NCBI GenBank assembly: GCA_905178155.1
Contig: CAJINV010000009.1
Coordinates: 1,237,907 to 1,301,906 of the forward strand
Origin: Amoebophrya sp. A120
Taxonomy: Eukaryota > Protista > Dinoflagellata
Direction: 5' to 3'
Length of the DNA: 64,000 nt
Every line of letters starts with the position of its first letter. Positions within the stretch are counted from its first letter, which is position 1. Below, in pieces: positions 34,759 through 45,992 of this stretch. The position numbers and the translations under genes were made by a program. The notes beneath the pieces are model-generated. The model had not been told where the DNA came from and made no database searches. It saw nothing but the letters and a program-made list of their open reading frames with translations.

Positions 34759-35759
34759 TCATCTTCGTCCTGGCACAAAGCCGTGCTGTGCCCATGCCGG
34801 TCTGTGTTTTCCATCGCCCTTTTCCCGCTCGCGGAGGTTGGCCGGCCGCGACGAGGCGGGGAGCGCTTGGTGCGCCGGAAGGTTCATCCCGGGCATGAGG
34901 TTTGGCATCGAGGGGGTGTGCCCCATGTCCATTCCGGGTAGGCCGCCCGCAGGCACATGGATGATACCGGTGGGGACCATGTTCATCGCGACTGGTGCGC
35001 CTGATGCGTTCCCGCCATAGCCTCCTGCGGGCGGCAACTGCGTGTGCGGCTGCGGTTGCATACCCGGATACTGTGCGTTGGGCCGCTGCAACATCGGCAT
35101 GCCAGACATCGGATTCGGAGCACTCCGTGGCCCGGCGGCAGTTATCGCTGTTTTGATATTCATTTATCATTGAAACTTTAAGTCATTTCTTCAACACGAG
35201 CGAGGCAAAAGCCAAATTATATATTTCCGCTCTGAACGCAAAAAACGTGCAAAAAATCTGTACGTGCGCCGGCCTTTGCACTGATCTTCTGCTGGAGTTT
35301 CTCCTTCTCCTTCTTCTTTTTCGTTTCGACAGCCCTGACGTATACATGCCTCTCGGTGCCTGGCTCTTCCGGTGTCACTGTTATGATTTCGCATCCGCGG
35401 AGAACGATCAACCCAATCGTTCTCTTCACCTCTTTCAACTTCTTCTCGCCCTTCACCTTGTACCTGCATGAGAAGGAAGAAACTGCAAAATTCAAACGGC
35501 AATCTAGTATAGGTCCGGAAGATTGACTTTTGCTCAAGAAATAAACCAGAAGCGCACAAAAAAAAAACAAAAAAAAAAACAAAAAAAATGTAGAAAATCA
35601 GCAATACAGGCGTGATTCTTCCGTTTTGTGCAGAACCAGATTGAAGTGCCGATCGACGCCCATTAGTATGCCAATCCACTGCCGGTCGAAGCACTGTACT
35701 CGCACTCTCCAGTTAAAAAACTGGGCGAGCTTCCGTCGTGTCGGTCGTTGCTTTCCCAT
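34759..35759 (-). CDS. SNRPB: Divergent Sm protein B/B' (snRNP core), 3 exons
   Basis: MGKQRPTRRKLAQFFNWRVRVQCFDRQWIGILMGVDRHFNLVLHKTEESRL|YKVKGEKKLKEVKRTIGLIVLRGCEIITVTPEEP contains Sm1, a basic loop L4 and Sm2, followed by a Pro/Met/Gly-rich tail. Exon 1 is absent from the ORF track. Confidence 0.78.
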
Positions 35760-36471
35760 TTGGTCTCGGGTGGTCGCTTTTGGAGTCTACGTACTTCGAC
35801 AGAAATTAGAATAAAATCAATCGCGAACAATACGCTAGAGATAATCGCTTCTTTCCTGTGGAAAAAGTCGCTTCAGCGTCTACTGTTGACCTAGAAAGAA
35901 AAACTTGATAAGAGCGCGCTGCCGAACTATGAAACATCACTTCCGGACCGTGTCGCCTGAAAACCAGTGTGAAAGGGACACTTCGATCGAAGCGAAAAGA
36001 AAATTCATCAACGCTAAAAATCATTCGATCTCAAAATTCGCAAAGAAGAGACCGGTGATCAGGCGTGCCACTGCCACGGGGATCTTGAACTCGCTTATCG
36101 ATCTTCTTTTTTTTTGCAAATAATCCAGAACACGAAACCAGCACTTCGGTTTTCTTCATCATTTCCGTCTACTTTCATAACGAAGCACACGAATGCAAAG
36201 TGCTGGCCTCTGATCTTGTATTTCTTATCGAAACGGATTCGTACATACTTACTGTAGTTTCGCTTAGCCGTTTTTTACGTGGTGGTATAGATCAGCCAAA
36301 ATTTTCAGGGGTCGTTCTTCTTGTAGGGAAACTTTATCTAGTTCAAGTATCAATTCATTGCAATTTGCAGGGTAAAGATCCATTCGAATAGGGATGTACG
36401 AATAGAGAAAAACTCTACGCAAAAAAAAAGGGTCTTGTGAAATATTTCTAAAATGCTTAATTTCTAGTGCA

Positions 36472-39400
36472 TCAGAGCGTCCAGGATGCTGGCATAATCA
36501 TCGATCCTGGGCCCTGTATTAGAGTGGTGGTTAACTCCCGTTCTAATCTTTCTAGCTGTGCCATGACGCTACTTACCGTAGCGTCGGGATCCACTATCGC
36601 CTCCGGCAAGGGGTCGACCCAGTCATCCTCTTGGTAGAACATCGCTATTTGGCCTAATGGCGACAGCTTTGGCGGTTCCTCTTCAGCGACAGCTACTGTT
36701 ATTTCCTTTTCCACGTCTTTCGCGGAGAGCGGTGGAGTCCCGGGAGCTATTATCGGCTCAGGGGCTATTTCATCTCTCGGTGGGACAATATTTGAGTCTG
36801 TCGACGTAATAAACGGCGATGTCGCGGCAGCTTCGAGGTGTTGTTTCATCTCTGCCTCCTGGAGTTCCTTCTCCGTGTGCATGGTTCTTCGTTGCGACCG
36901 TCTCTCGGAGCTCTTGGAGCTGTGCCGCCGGGTGGAGTCTGTTTTTGGGCGGATGCCGCGGCTACTCGTGGTGTTCTTCGGCAACACGCCTCGGCCGCTT
37001 TGTTCCACGGCGTTGCCATTGTCCCGGATCTTCCTCAACAAGCGGTTACTGGACGGTGGGGCCTGTTTTGGCGTTCTCGACGAAGTCGTGATCTTGTTGT
37101 CCACCGCAACTAAATTTCGGGAAGAGCTTGACGCAGCGCCAGCCCCGGGCAACGCTTGTCTAAGTTTTGCAACTTTTTGCTGAATTTTGGGATCCTGGTG
37201 CGCCGGGACGGTGTGCTTCACCGGGCCGTTCGCATCACTATCCGAGTTCCACACGTTTTGATCCCCGTTTTTGGTTCTTTCTGACGGCGCAGCTGCAGCT
37301 GCAGCTCCTGCGCCCCCTTTTTCTACTATTGCTGCAGCCAGTGACACTGATGCACCTGCACCCGCTTGCACTTCCGGTTCTTCAGCTCCGACGCCGATGG
37401 CAATATCCTTTGTCGCACTCCTGTCTTCTTCGTTCTTCAACTCAGAATTGGCCTCATCCTGAGGAAGGGCCGGCATCATGCGAACAGAATCAGCGATCAA
37501 CGGGGCAGCTCCGCTCTTCGGCGTGACCTCCACCACTCGTTCCTGATTTTCCGGCGAATTTTCTTTCTCACCGTCTGGCAGCGGACCTGTGCTGAGTCCC
37601 CACGTGCTGTTCACACCGAAGGAGTTTTCGGACATCTTTATCAAACTCAGATCGATAACAGTGCTCGGACTACCCGCAAGCGTTGCCCCACTAGTGTTCA
37701 TCCGCTCGCCCGAACTTCCGCGGCTCTGCGGCTCCTTGTAGAGCGCGAACGGCTGCGTCTGCTTCAATTGCGAAGTGCGCCCGGATCGTGGCGTCGTGTA
37801 CTTGTCCGTTGGTAGAACGACTGCAGCTCCTTTAGGAGCACTGCTAGAGCCAGCACTTGCGTCTTTGCCAGCCCCCGCAGCAGCTGCAAACAAATTGTTC
37901 ACATTTGCCAGGTCCGCCGCGTCCGTTTTATTCGCGGCACTACTGGCCTGCAGCTTCTCGCTCTCCGTCTGCTTTTCGCTGGGGCCGAGCAGCGCGCGCA
38001 TCTTCTGCGTCGTTTCGATCCGCGCGGCGCGCTCCGCCTTCGGGATGATTCGCGTGGGCTCCGGGTGGTCCGTGATCCTGGACAACGGGGACGCGTTGTT
38101 GCTGCTGCGGCCCGTGGCGTCCAGCGGCTTGCCACCGCTCCAGCTGTTGTGCTTCCGGATTTCCTCCTCCTTGTCTCTTGCCTCCTGCACGGCTTTCTCC
38201 TTTTTCTCCTTCTCGGCCTTAGTCGCAGCCTTCAGCTTCGCCAGAATGCTGAACCCCTGCGTCTTGTTCTTCACGCGCTCCAGCCGCAGCTTGTTCTTCA
38301 GCTTGGAGATGTTGTCCACGGCGCGGTTCGGATTGTTCAGATCCATCTTCGACGCGAGCTCCTTCGCCTTCTGCACCTCCTCGGCGGTTCCCACCGGCTC
38401 GGAGGGTGCGAGAGACGCCTTGCTGCTGGCGGCCTTGCTCGCCGCACCACCCCCGCCGCCCATCAGCAAAAGCATGGCCTTGTTCGTCTTCCCGACCTCT
38501 TCAATCGCAGACTCGCGCTCCTGGGGGGTCAGGTCCACATTTTTCTTGACCGGCGGCGCGCCCTCCGGTACGAGCTCCGCCTCCGCGATCTGCTCGATCT
38601 CCTCCAGCGGCGCGTCCACGTCCACGACCTCCGTGGTCTCCGTGACGGCCTGCGTCATGAACTCCTGCAGCTTCTTGGCGCGCTCCTCCTCCTGCTTTTT
38701 CCGCTCCTCCTTCTTGCGCTTCTCCTCGATGGCTTCCGCGTCGTTCAGCGTAGTCACACCCGCGGCCAACGAGCTCAGCGACTGCAGCTCCGTCTGCAGG
38801 TTCGCGAACTTGACCTGCCGCTCCTCCTTGGTGCCCTTGCCCACCAGCGACTGCACCTTCTTCTCCGCTTCGTCGTTCGCCCCGAACTCCAGCAGCTCCA
38901 GCTTCTTCGACTCCGCCTGCGTCTTGTTTTCCAGCGCATCCAGCTTGGCCTTCAGTTCCGGGTTCAGGTCCCCGGCCTTTTGCAACTTCTTCAGCCGCTC
39001 CTGCACCAGGTCCCACACCTCGAAGTGCGAGGCCTTTTTCTGCGTGACCGCGGCCACCGCCTTGGTCATCATGAAGCTCTTCTTCATGGTCTTCCACTTG
39101 CTGCCCTCCTTCAGCGTGACGGACTCGCGGCCGGAGGGAATGGCCTTCTTCTCGTTCATCTCCTCGGTCTTCAGATCCGCGATCATGGCCTTCCACTCCT
39201 CCTGCTTCGCCGCCTTGTTGGCCTGCGACGCTCGCAGCTGCTTCCACAGCTTGGGGCTGGAGCTGCTGTGGGCGGAGCTGGGCGGCTTCGGCGTGGAGGG
39301 CGCGGCGGAGAGCGGCGGCGCCTCGGACACCGCGGCCTCCGTGACGCGGTCCGGCTCCTCCTCCTCTCCGACAGACTCGCCGTCCTCTTCTTTTAACCGC

Positions 39401-42400
39401 TTAAGCAAGTCCTTCTGCTGCTCGAAGATGTCCGTGTGCGAATCCCGGAATAGCTTGGAGTGGAAGCACGGCGGCGCGATCGCGGCATCAGAAATCTGCA
39501 GGACCTGGCCATCCGCCCCGATGAACTGGTCCGCCTGTTCGAACCCGGGCAAGACCTCCATCTGCGCCCAGGTTCCCACGTCGATGCTGTTCCGCTTCTG
39601 CCCCGCGGGCAGCAGCTTCGCGGTCCAGTCGCTCTTTCCGAAGATGGACGCCCCGGCGTTCTGGGCGGAATACCGCTCGATTGGCGTCGCCTTCGCGAGC
39701 TCCTCCTGCTTGGCCTTCTTTGCGTCGATCGTGATATTGCCCGCACTGGCGCGGTTGATTTCGTCCTGCGTCTTGCCGACCAGGTGCTCGGAGTCCCGAC
39801 CAAATTGGGCCCAGGCCGAGGTGTCCTGCTTCCCGCCCGAGCTGGCCTCGAAACTGCCGAAATCCCCCCGCGGCGGGCCGGGGCCGTCGAGACCATCGTT
39901 TTCCTCGTCGGAATTCGCGCCCGGGCCGCCCATCTCCTTCGACTGCAGCTTGATCCCCTCCATCTCGAGCAGCGAGTTCTTGGTCTTGCGCACGAACGTG
40001 TTCACGATCGCGTACACCGCCTTCTCGCCGTGCGTCATGCCCTCGGTGGGGTCCTCCGCCTCTTCGTCGAGCAGCAGCTCCGTGGAGACAGCCTTGTCGT
40101 GAAACAAATCCGGCAGGATCGAGTCCGTGAAGTTTTCCCGCATCTCCGGATTGGCCTGCACGATCTTCTCGGAGGAGGTCGCCAGGTAGCTCGCACCCGC
40201 TTGCACGCGCATCTCGGACCGGCCGTACACCGAGGGCACGACCGGCACGCCCGTGCCGGAGGACCGCACCGGCTTGGGGCGGCTGGAGTGTGGCGCTTCG
40301 AACCGCATCTGCGTGCCAACCTCGGCCACGATCGGCTTCGCGGCCTCGATGCGGCGCTCGGCCTCCTCGCCCGCCTCGTACTGAATCACGTAGTCGAGGA
40401 GAACCGGGTTCTTGCCCGCCAGCTTCTTCGCCGTCTCGATCTTTTTCCGCTGCGAGACCTGCGAGTTCTCCAGGGCCTGGTTGATCGCCTTCGACATCAT
40501 GCCCTTCAGCCGCCCGTGCGACTTGCTGCCCTGGCCGGGCAGCATCACGGACCCGGCGACGTCCGCCTGTTTCAGCTGATTCAGCAGCTTCTCCGCCTCG
40601 ACGTCTTCGGGGCCCGGTCCCGGCGCGCCGTCGGCCTTCTTCACCTGAAATAGCAGCTTTACCTTGCGGCCCGCGGGTCCACCGAACGCAGACACCCCGC
40701 CCGCAATCAACTGCGGCGGCGCGACAACGCGCTGCGCAGCCAGATCTTCCGGGGAAAGAATCTGCTTCTCTTTCGGCGGCTTCAGCACTTCCCGCAGCGG
40801 TGTTTGCTCCGGGAGCGTAAACGCTGAGATTACGGTGGTGGAAAGGTGCTCCGTTTCTGTCTTCTTTGGACCGGCGGGTGGTGGCTCCGGGGCGGCCGCG
40901 CCGAAGTTCATGGCCTGGCTCAAGTCCAGCACCGGCATTTGCAACTGCCCGTCGGCAGGCAAGGGAGCTTTTGCTGCCGTTGGTCCCTTGGGTAGTGAGA
41001 AGCGGCTCTGCGGCACCTGCGACTCGCGCCCCCGCTGGGGATCCGGGGAGAGCTGCGGAGACAGGGAGATGCTTTGGCGGAGCTGCACATTTGGCGGAGA
41101 CAGGGACGCGGCCCTTGTTCCCACTGGTGGCCGCGTGCTGGTACGCTTCGGGGACGCCGCCTTTCCGTCGGGAGCGACATTTTCGTCGTCGTCCGCGGCG
41201 ATCCCGCTCGTGCGGATCTCGGGCGGCAGCGAAACCGACCGCTGCGATCGCGGCTTTCGCATGCCACGGCTACTGGCCTTCGAGCTCGTCGGGGAGCCAG
41301 GCACCTTTTCTTGCGACGCCGTCGCAGCGGCCTCCTGGCCGGGCGCGACGATGCCAGGCGGCAGCGCCTTCTCCGGGTTCTGCAAGGTTTCCGGTACCTC
41401 CAGCGAATAGCGCTTCAGCTCCTGCTGCCTCGCAAGCTGCTCCGCCAGCTGCTCCTGCTGCCTTGCTAGCTCCCGTGCTTGACGCTTTTCCTCGTCCGTC
41501 ATTCGTTTTTCCTTCTCCAGCTTTTTCACCATGTCCAGGAGCTGTCTTGCCTCACTCAAAGTGTCGTCCAAATGCGCACTGAGCCGCGCGTTCTCGCGCT
41601 GGTCGGCGTTAGGCATAAAGTCCTCGACCGTCGGCATCTTCCCGAACAACTTCTTGCCGCCGAGCTCCGACGGCTGCAGTTTCGGCGGGTTGGTCCTCAC
41701 GTTCGTGCGCAGCTCCGGCCTACCGCTCGGGGAACCGACCGCGCCGGGGATCAGTTGCCTGGGTGGGGACAACGACTGCTGCGCCGTCGGAGACTGATGT
41801 TGAAACGCGGGCGCCGCTCCCATTTTTCGATTGAGCGGGACCGGGTCATGAGCCCGCACGTCGAAGTTGATACGACCCGCCTTCACGCGGCTGAGATGCT
41901 GTTCCATGTTGTTCGCCGACACGCTGAATCGACCCAGCACCATTTTCGGGCTGCCGTCTTCGTTGAAGTCGTCGCGGTCGTCGTAGTAGTCGTCCTCGCG
42001 CGTCATGCCCCCGCCGCGCTGAGCCATCTGCCTCCGCGTCGCGCGGCCGCGATGTATGGCCTGCACCTTGGTTGCGGCCTCCCGCTCCTCCCGCATGCTC
42101 CGCCGGGTTTGCTTTCCGCGGTGCACGGCCTGGATACGGACCGCGGCCTCTTTTTCCTCGACACTTTGCCGCCGCTTGGCTTCGACCTCGCGCCGCGCCT
42201 GCTTTCCGCGCTTGATGCTTTGGATGCGCAGGGCTGCAGCCTCCATCTCGTCGTCCATGATAATTTCGTCCTCCAGCGTCTCCTCGCCGTAGAACTGCAT
42301 CGTCGCGCGGTTCTGCATCGAATTCGCTCGCGCAAAATCCTTCTGCGTTGCCCGCGCGTTCGGCGACAACGAGGCGGCGCGCTGCGTTCCTCCACTGCTT

Positions 42401-45078
42401 GATGCGAACTTGGACTTTCGGTTCTGCTCCTCCATAAAGCTGGTAATGTTCAGGTTCGGTGGCTGGATTTTCTTGCCCAGGAAATCAGTGCCCGGCGTGA
42501 CCGGCGACGTGATCTGGAACTCTGTCTCGCGCAGCACCGCGTTGCGCCCGTCGCCAAGGCGGCTCCGCGCCTCAAACTCGTAGTTCTTCTTCGATAACTC
42601 CGGCTTTGGGATTGGGTCCATGTAGTCTACGGCGAGTTCCGGCGCTTCGATGCTTTTCACGTCGTAGGAGACCGCCTGCTTCGGGTTCACGGCCTGTTGG
42701 ATCACGACTTGGGACTTGCCCGTGAGCCGCGGCCCGATGTCGGGACTGAGACTGGCCGACTTGATGCGCTGCTCGGCCTGCTTGTCGACCTTCACTTCCG
42801 CGGGCGGCACGAAGCGCTTCGGGTCGATGATTTGGTCCTTTTTCTTCAGCTTCGACTTCTCGAACAGCTCCAGGCGCTTCCGCTCCTCCTCCTTTTTCTC
42901 CTTCTTCTTCTGCTGCAGCACCTGGACGCGCTTGGCCAAGTCGTCCTCGTGACTGGCCGCGGCCGCCAGGAAGGGGTTGTGGTGGTGCTTGTGGTGCTCT
43001 TTCGATTTTGACTTCGACCTCTTCTTTTGCGCCGCTGCACCGTCCCCGGTCGACTCGTAGCCCTCGTCCTGCGACAGCTCTTCCTGCTCCGACTCGGATG
43101 TGGTATGCACCTCCATGCCCAAAGCGTGGTCGAAAAAGGCCATGGCGTTCTTGAACTTGCGCACCGTCTGGCGCTCGCGCTGTTTCCGGACCTTTGCGTC
43201 CAGGGTCAAGTCGGTCCGCACCCCGGGGTTGAACAGCGGCTCAAGCTTGAACAGCGAAGGCTTCGCGTCGAACTGCCCCGCCTTCTGCAGTTGCTTGGCG
43301 CTGATGCTGTCCTTGGACGCGACGTCTTTGCGGTCCCAGGTGCCGTCGGCCTTCTCCTTGAACCCAAACTCCTTGTTGTCCTCCTCGAGCGTCGTGTCAA
43401 ACGTGACCCGCAACTCCGCTCCCTCGAAGGCCGAACCCGGCTCCAGTCCTGCCGTCGCCTCCTTCGAGGACGACAGCTTTTGCTTCAAACTGTCCAGGTG
43501 CCACCGCACCTCGCTCTCCACGCCCGCGGGCAGCTGCTCAAAGGGTACACTGCGCAGCAGCTCGTCGATCTTGCGGTCCGCGGTGTCCAGAGCGCTCTTG
43601 GAAGCGGACTTCGAGGCTTGTGCATCTTTATCGCCCACACCAGGCTCCGGCGGAGACGGCTTGAATGCCGGTGAAGGACTCTGCGCCGAGGCAGCTTGTT
43701 CTTGGACCACTGCAGCCGCGCCCGGTGTTGTAGGAGGCATGACTACAACTGGCGCGGCGGCTGCAGGCTGAGACGCGGCCAACCCATCCGGCGACACCGA
43801 ACGTGTCGGGCTAACCGACCGCGACGATCCCGCTGTTTTTGATGATTTCAAGATGATTTTACAGATGTTGCGTACCACCTTGCAGTCGCGACTTTTTAAA
43901 CAGCAACTCCACAAGCAAGACAACAAAAGCACAAGAAAAAAACGCTCGATGAAAAAGATACAAATTCTGAAACTACTACTCCTGCTACAAATCCAAAACA
44001 TACCTGGTCGACACAGCGCCTTGGTCTTTCTGTATATCTCGTCCGCCTTCGGCAGCACTGCGGGCGCTTCATACAAGAGTCTCGGCGCGATGATATTCGG
44101 GCGGTCCATGCCGGGACAGGGGTCTTCGAGCTTGCGGTCAATGGCAAGGACGTCCTTGGCGTTCTCAAACTGCACCCGACTCGCGATCTCCTTGTGCTTC
44201 TGCCACAACTCGTTCTCGTGCTGCTCCACCGCCTTCATGGCCGCCTGCATGTCCATGGTAGCCTGGAATTGCTTCATCCAATCGATTTCCACCTTCGGTT
44301 GCAGCAAGGGCCCCTCGATCACTTCCGGATCCTTGATCGCGTTCGGGTCCTCGATGAGCCGGTCGGGCTTCGGCACCTTCCCGGTGTTCTGGGCGTGCTT
44401 GGGGTTGGTCAACCCCTCGATGCTGTTCACGCGCCGCGGCCGCGTCAGCGGGCGGTGCGGCGCCTCGTTGCGCAGCCACCGCACCTCCTTCTCCTTCTCC
44501 AGCGGCGTGCGATCAGGGGTCCGCTCGGCCGCGAGGTAGGGCGGCGGCGGCGCCTTCATCTTCCGCGTGTACGCAGTCGGCGAGTCCTTGCCCGATTCGT
44601 CCGTGTCGAAGGCCACCCCCCGTTTCGGCGACCCGGACCGCGACTGCGCGGGGCTGCCGCAAATGGACTCGATGCAGCCCGCTTCCGCGCCCGGGTGCCC
44701 GCCGAGCGCTTCCGCGTCCTTATACAGTCCTCGCAATTCGCGGGGGACCGTGGTGTTCCGCCGACTCGCGGTCGGAGAGCGTGTGGAGGCGCGGCGGGCA
44801 TCCGCGGAACTTTTGTAGAACACGGCCACCGGGCTCGCGGACCGCGGGGTGCGGTTATGCGCCTTCGCGTGAATGATGTGGTTCCCATGCGGCAGCTTGT
44901 CCTTCGGAAACGTGGGCGCGTGCGCCACCGGGCCTTGCGAAGAGATCGCCACGGTCGCCTTGGCCGCTTGCAGCTGCTGGCCGATCACGCGCTCGGCGTC
45001 GGCGGTGTGCAGGATCTTGGTGGTCCCGGTCTTCTTGTTTACCACCGCCAGCGGTATCATGGAACTCGAATCTGCCAT
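36472..45078 (-). CDS. Giant (about 2800 aa) low-complexity/coiled-coil protein with 3 IQ calmodulin-binding motifs
   Basis: IQSIKRGKQARR, IQAVHRGKQTRR and VQAIHRGRATRR at about 42030-42230. A 171-nt stop-free GT-AG intron is likely at 43833-44003. Confidence 0.8.
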   Translation of the reverse strand: MADSSSMIPLAVVNKKTGTTKILHTADAERVIGQQLQAAKATVAISSQGPVAHAPTFPKDKLPHGNHIIHAKAHNRTPRSASPVAVFYKSSADARRASTRSPTASRRNTTVPRELRGLYKDAEALGGHPGAEAGCIESICGSPAQSRSGSPKRGVAFDTDESGKDSPTAYTRKMKAPPPPYLAAERTPDRTPLEKEKEVRWLRNEAPHRPLTRPRRVNSIEGLTNPKHAQNTGKVPKPDRLIEDPNAIKDPEVIEGPLLQPKVEIDWMKQFQATMDMQAAMKAVEQHENELWQKHKEIASRVQFENAKDVLAIDRKLEDPCPGMDRPNIIAPRLLYEAPAVLPKADEIYRKTKALCRPGMFWICSRSSSFRICIFFIERFFLVLLLSCLWSCCLKSRDCKVVRNICKIILKSSKTAGSSRSVSPTRSVSPDGLAASQPAAAAPVVVMPPTTPGAAAVVQEQAASAQSPSPAFKPSPPEPGVGDKDAQASKSASKSALDTADRKIDELLRSVPFEQLPAGVESEVRWHLDSLKQKLSSSKEATAGLEPGSAFEGAELRVTFDTTLEEDNKEFGFKEKADGTWDRKDVASKDSISAKQLQKAGQFDAKPSLFKLEPLFNPGVRTDLTLDAKVRKQRERQTVRKFKNAMAFFDHALGMEVHTTSESEQEELSQDEGYESTGDGAAAQKKRSKSKSKEHHKHHHNPFLAAAASHEDDLAKRVQVLQQKKKEKKEEERKRLELFEKSKLKKKDQIIDPKRFVPPAEVKVDKQAEQRIKSASLSPDIGPRLTGKSQVVIQQAVNPKQAVSYDVKSIEAPELAVDYMDPIPKPELSKKNYEFEARSRLGDGRNAVLRETEFQITSPVTPGTDFLGKKIQPPNLNITSFMEEQNRKSKFASSSGGTQRAASLSPNARATQKDFARANSMQNRATMQFYGEETLEDEIIMDDEMEAAALRIQSIKRGKQARREVEAKRRQSVEEKEAAVRIQAVHRGKQTRRSMREEREAATKVQAIHRGRATRRQMAQRGGGMTREDDYYDDRDDFNEDGSPKMVLGRFSVSANNMEQHLSRVKAGRINFDVRAHDPVPLNRKMGAAPAFQHQSPTAQQSLSPPRQLIPGAVGSPSGRPELRTNVRTNPPKLQPSELGGKKLFGKMPTVEDFMPNADQRENARLSAHLDDTLSEARQLLDMVKKLEKEKRMTDEEKRQARELARQQEQLAEQLARQQELKRYSLEVPETLQNPEKALPPGIVAPGQEAAATASQEKVPGSPTSSKASSRGMRKPRSQRSVSLPPEIRTSGIAADDDENVAPDGKAASPKRTSTRPPVGTRAASLSPPNVQLRQSISLSPQLSPDPQRGRESQVPQSRFSLPKGPTAAKAPLPADGQLQMPVLDLSQAMNFGAAAPEPPPAGPKKTETEHLSTTVISAFTLPEQTPLREVLKPPKEKQILSPEDLAAQRVVAPPQLIAGGVSAFGGPAGRKVKLLFQVKKADGAPGPGPEDVEAEKLLNQLKQADVAGSVMLPGQGSKSHGRLKGMMSKAINQALENSQVSQRKKIETAKKLAGKNPVLLDYVIQYEAGEEAERRIEAAKPIVAEVGTQMRFEAPHSSRPKPVRSSGTGVPVVPSVYGRSEMRVQAGASYLATSSEKIVQANPEMRENFTDSILPDLFHDKAVSTELLLDEEAEDPTEGMTHGEKAVYAIVNTFVRKTKNSLLEMEGIKLQSKEMGGPGANSDEENDGLDGPGPPRGDFGSFEASSGGKQDTSAWAQFGRDSEHLVGKTQDEINRASAGNITIDAKKAKQEELAKATPIERYSAQNAGASIFGKSDWTAKLLPAGQKRNSIDVGTWAQMEVLPGFEQADQFIGADGQVLQISDAAIAPPCFHSKLFRDSHTDIFEQQKDLLKRLKEEDGESVGEEEEPDRVTEAAVSEAPPLSAAPSTPKPPSSAHSSSSPKLWKQLRASQANKAAKQEEWKAMIADLKTEEMNEKKAIPSGRESVTLKEGSKWKTMKKSFMMTKAVAAVTQKKASHFEVWDLVQERLKKLQKAGDLNPELKAKLDALENKTQAESKKLELLEFGANDEAEKKVQSLVGKGTKEERQVKFANLQTELQSLSSLAAGVTTLNDAEAIEEKRKKEERKKQEEERAKKLQEFMTQAVTETTEVVDVDAPLEEIEQIAEAELVPEGAPPVKKNVDLTPQERESAIEEVGKTNKAMLLLMGGGGGAASKAASSKASLAPSEPVGTAEEVQKAKELASKMDLNNPNRAVDNISKLKNKLRLERVKNKTQGFSILAKLKAATKAEKEKKEKAVQEARDKEEEIRKHNSWSGGKPLDATGRSSNNASPLSRITDHPEPTRIIPKAERAARIETTQKMRALLGPSEKQTESEKLQASSAANKTDAADLANVNNLFAAAAGAGKDASAGSSSAPKGAAVVLPTDKYTTPRSGRTSQLKQTQPFALYKEPQSRGSSGERMNTSGATLAGSPSTVIDLSLIKMSENSFGVNSTWGLSTGPLPDGEKENSPENQERVVEVTPKSGAAPLIADSVRMMPALPQDEANSELKNEEDRSATKDIAIGVGAEEPEVQAGAGASVSLAAAIVEKGGAGAAAAAAPSERTKNGDQNVWNSDSDANGPVKHTVPAHQDPKIQQKVAKLRQALPGAGAASSSSRNLVAVDNKITTSSRTPKQAPPSSNRLLRKIRDNGNAVEQSGRGVLPKNTTSSRGIRPKTDSTRRHSSKSSERRSQRRTMHTEKELQEAEMKQHLEAAATSPFITSTDSNIVPPRDEIAPEPIIAPGTPPLSAKDVEKEITVAVAEEEPPKLSPLGQIAMFYQEDDWVDPLPEAIVDPDATVSSVMAQLERLERELTTTLIQGPGSMIMPASWTL

Positions 45079-45992
45079 CGCGGGCTAGCTTGACGACGGG
45101 GTGCTACCTGAACAACTACTCTACAGCTCAAGTAAGATTACGGCTTCAACGCGTCGGGTTTTTGGCATAAAAAATTTGACTTCCCGGGGTGTAAAAATGC
45201 ACCCGCGGCAATAAAAGGTAAACCTAGCATATGTTCTTCTTGGGAGCATTAATGTAACTCGCAATAAAATTTCAAATTTGATTTTCAGCTTGGGACAAGT
45301 TGTTCGGGGGTTGTTTTACTTGCTGTGAATGTAATTTATTGAACAGTGCCTTGGGTAGCGGTACTTCATAGTCATACTAATGATGTAGTAATCAGTCGAC
45401 CTTGTAGACGAGCGACGCAAAACGGTCACGCAGCTGACTGAACGATGAGAAAAGCGGAACGAGGACGAAAGCCGAAAGGTGGTGCACGAAAAACCGACGA
45501 AACGGCACACGTAGAAACTTGAAGCACGAGTCAATACAAAGGCTCACCGAAAACCAGGGAGGACACGAAAATTCAAATTACCGAAGCAAAATATTTGTGT
45601 GTTGGTTCTTGCGGGCGTACGAAGAACCCGACAACTGAAGACAGTCACAAAGGAGAAAAAACAAAAACAAGCGAGGGTGAAACGCCCTTTCATACTATTC
45701 GTATGACAACGATGTGGTTCAAGATATATAACCAAGTAAAGAGCCACCAGGAAATGGGTTTCTCCCATTAAAGTCAGACATCGAAAAAATCTCGGGGTAT
45801 GCAAAATTTTCAATCCTAGGTTCTTTCGAGATCGCGGAAACTTTACCGCTAACTGGGGTAGAACTAAACGTGCCAGTAGGTCGTATGTGGATTACATCGA
45901 AATGGGTCAAAAGAAATCATTGTACACAGTGTAATCATAGTACGGGTAGCAAAAATTATTGGCCGAGATGAAATCACGAACTGTGTCCAAAC

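Noticed and set aside
37775-40102. 775-aa and other long plus-strand ORFs
   Set aside because: They are antisense shadows of GC3-rich minus-strand coding sequence.
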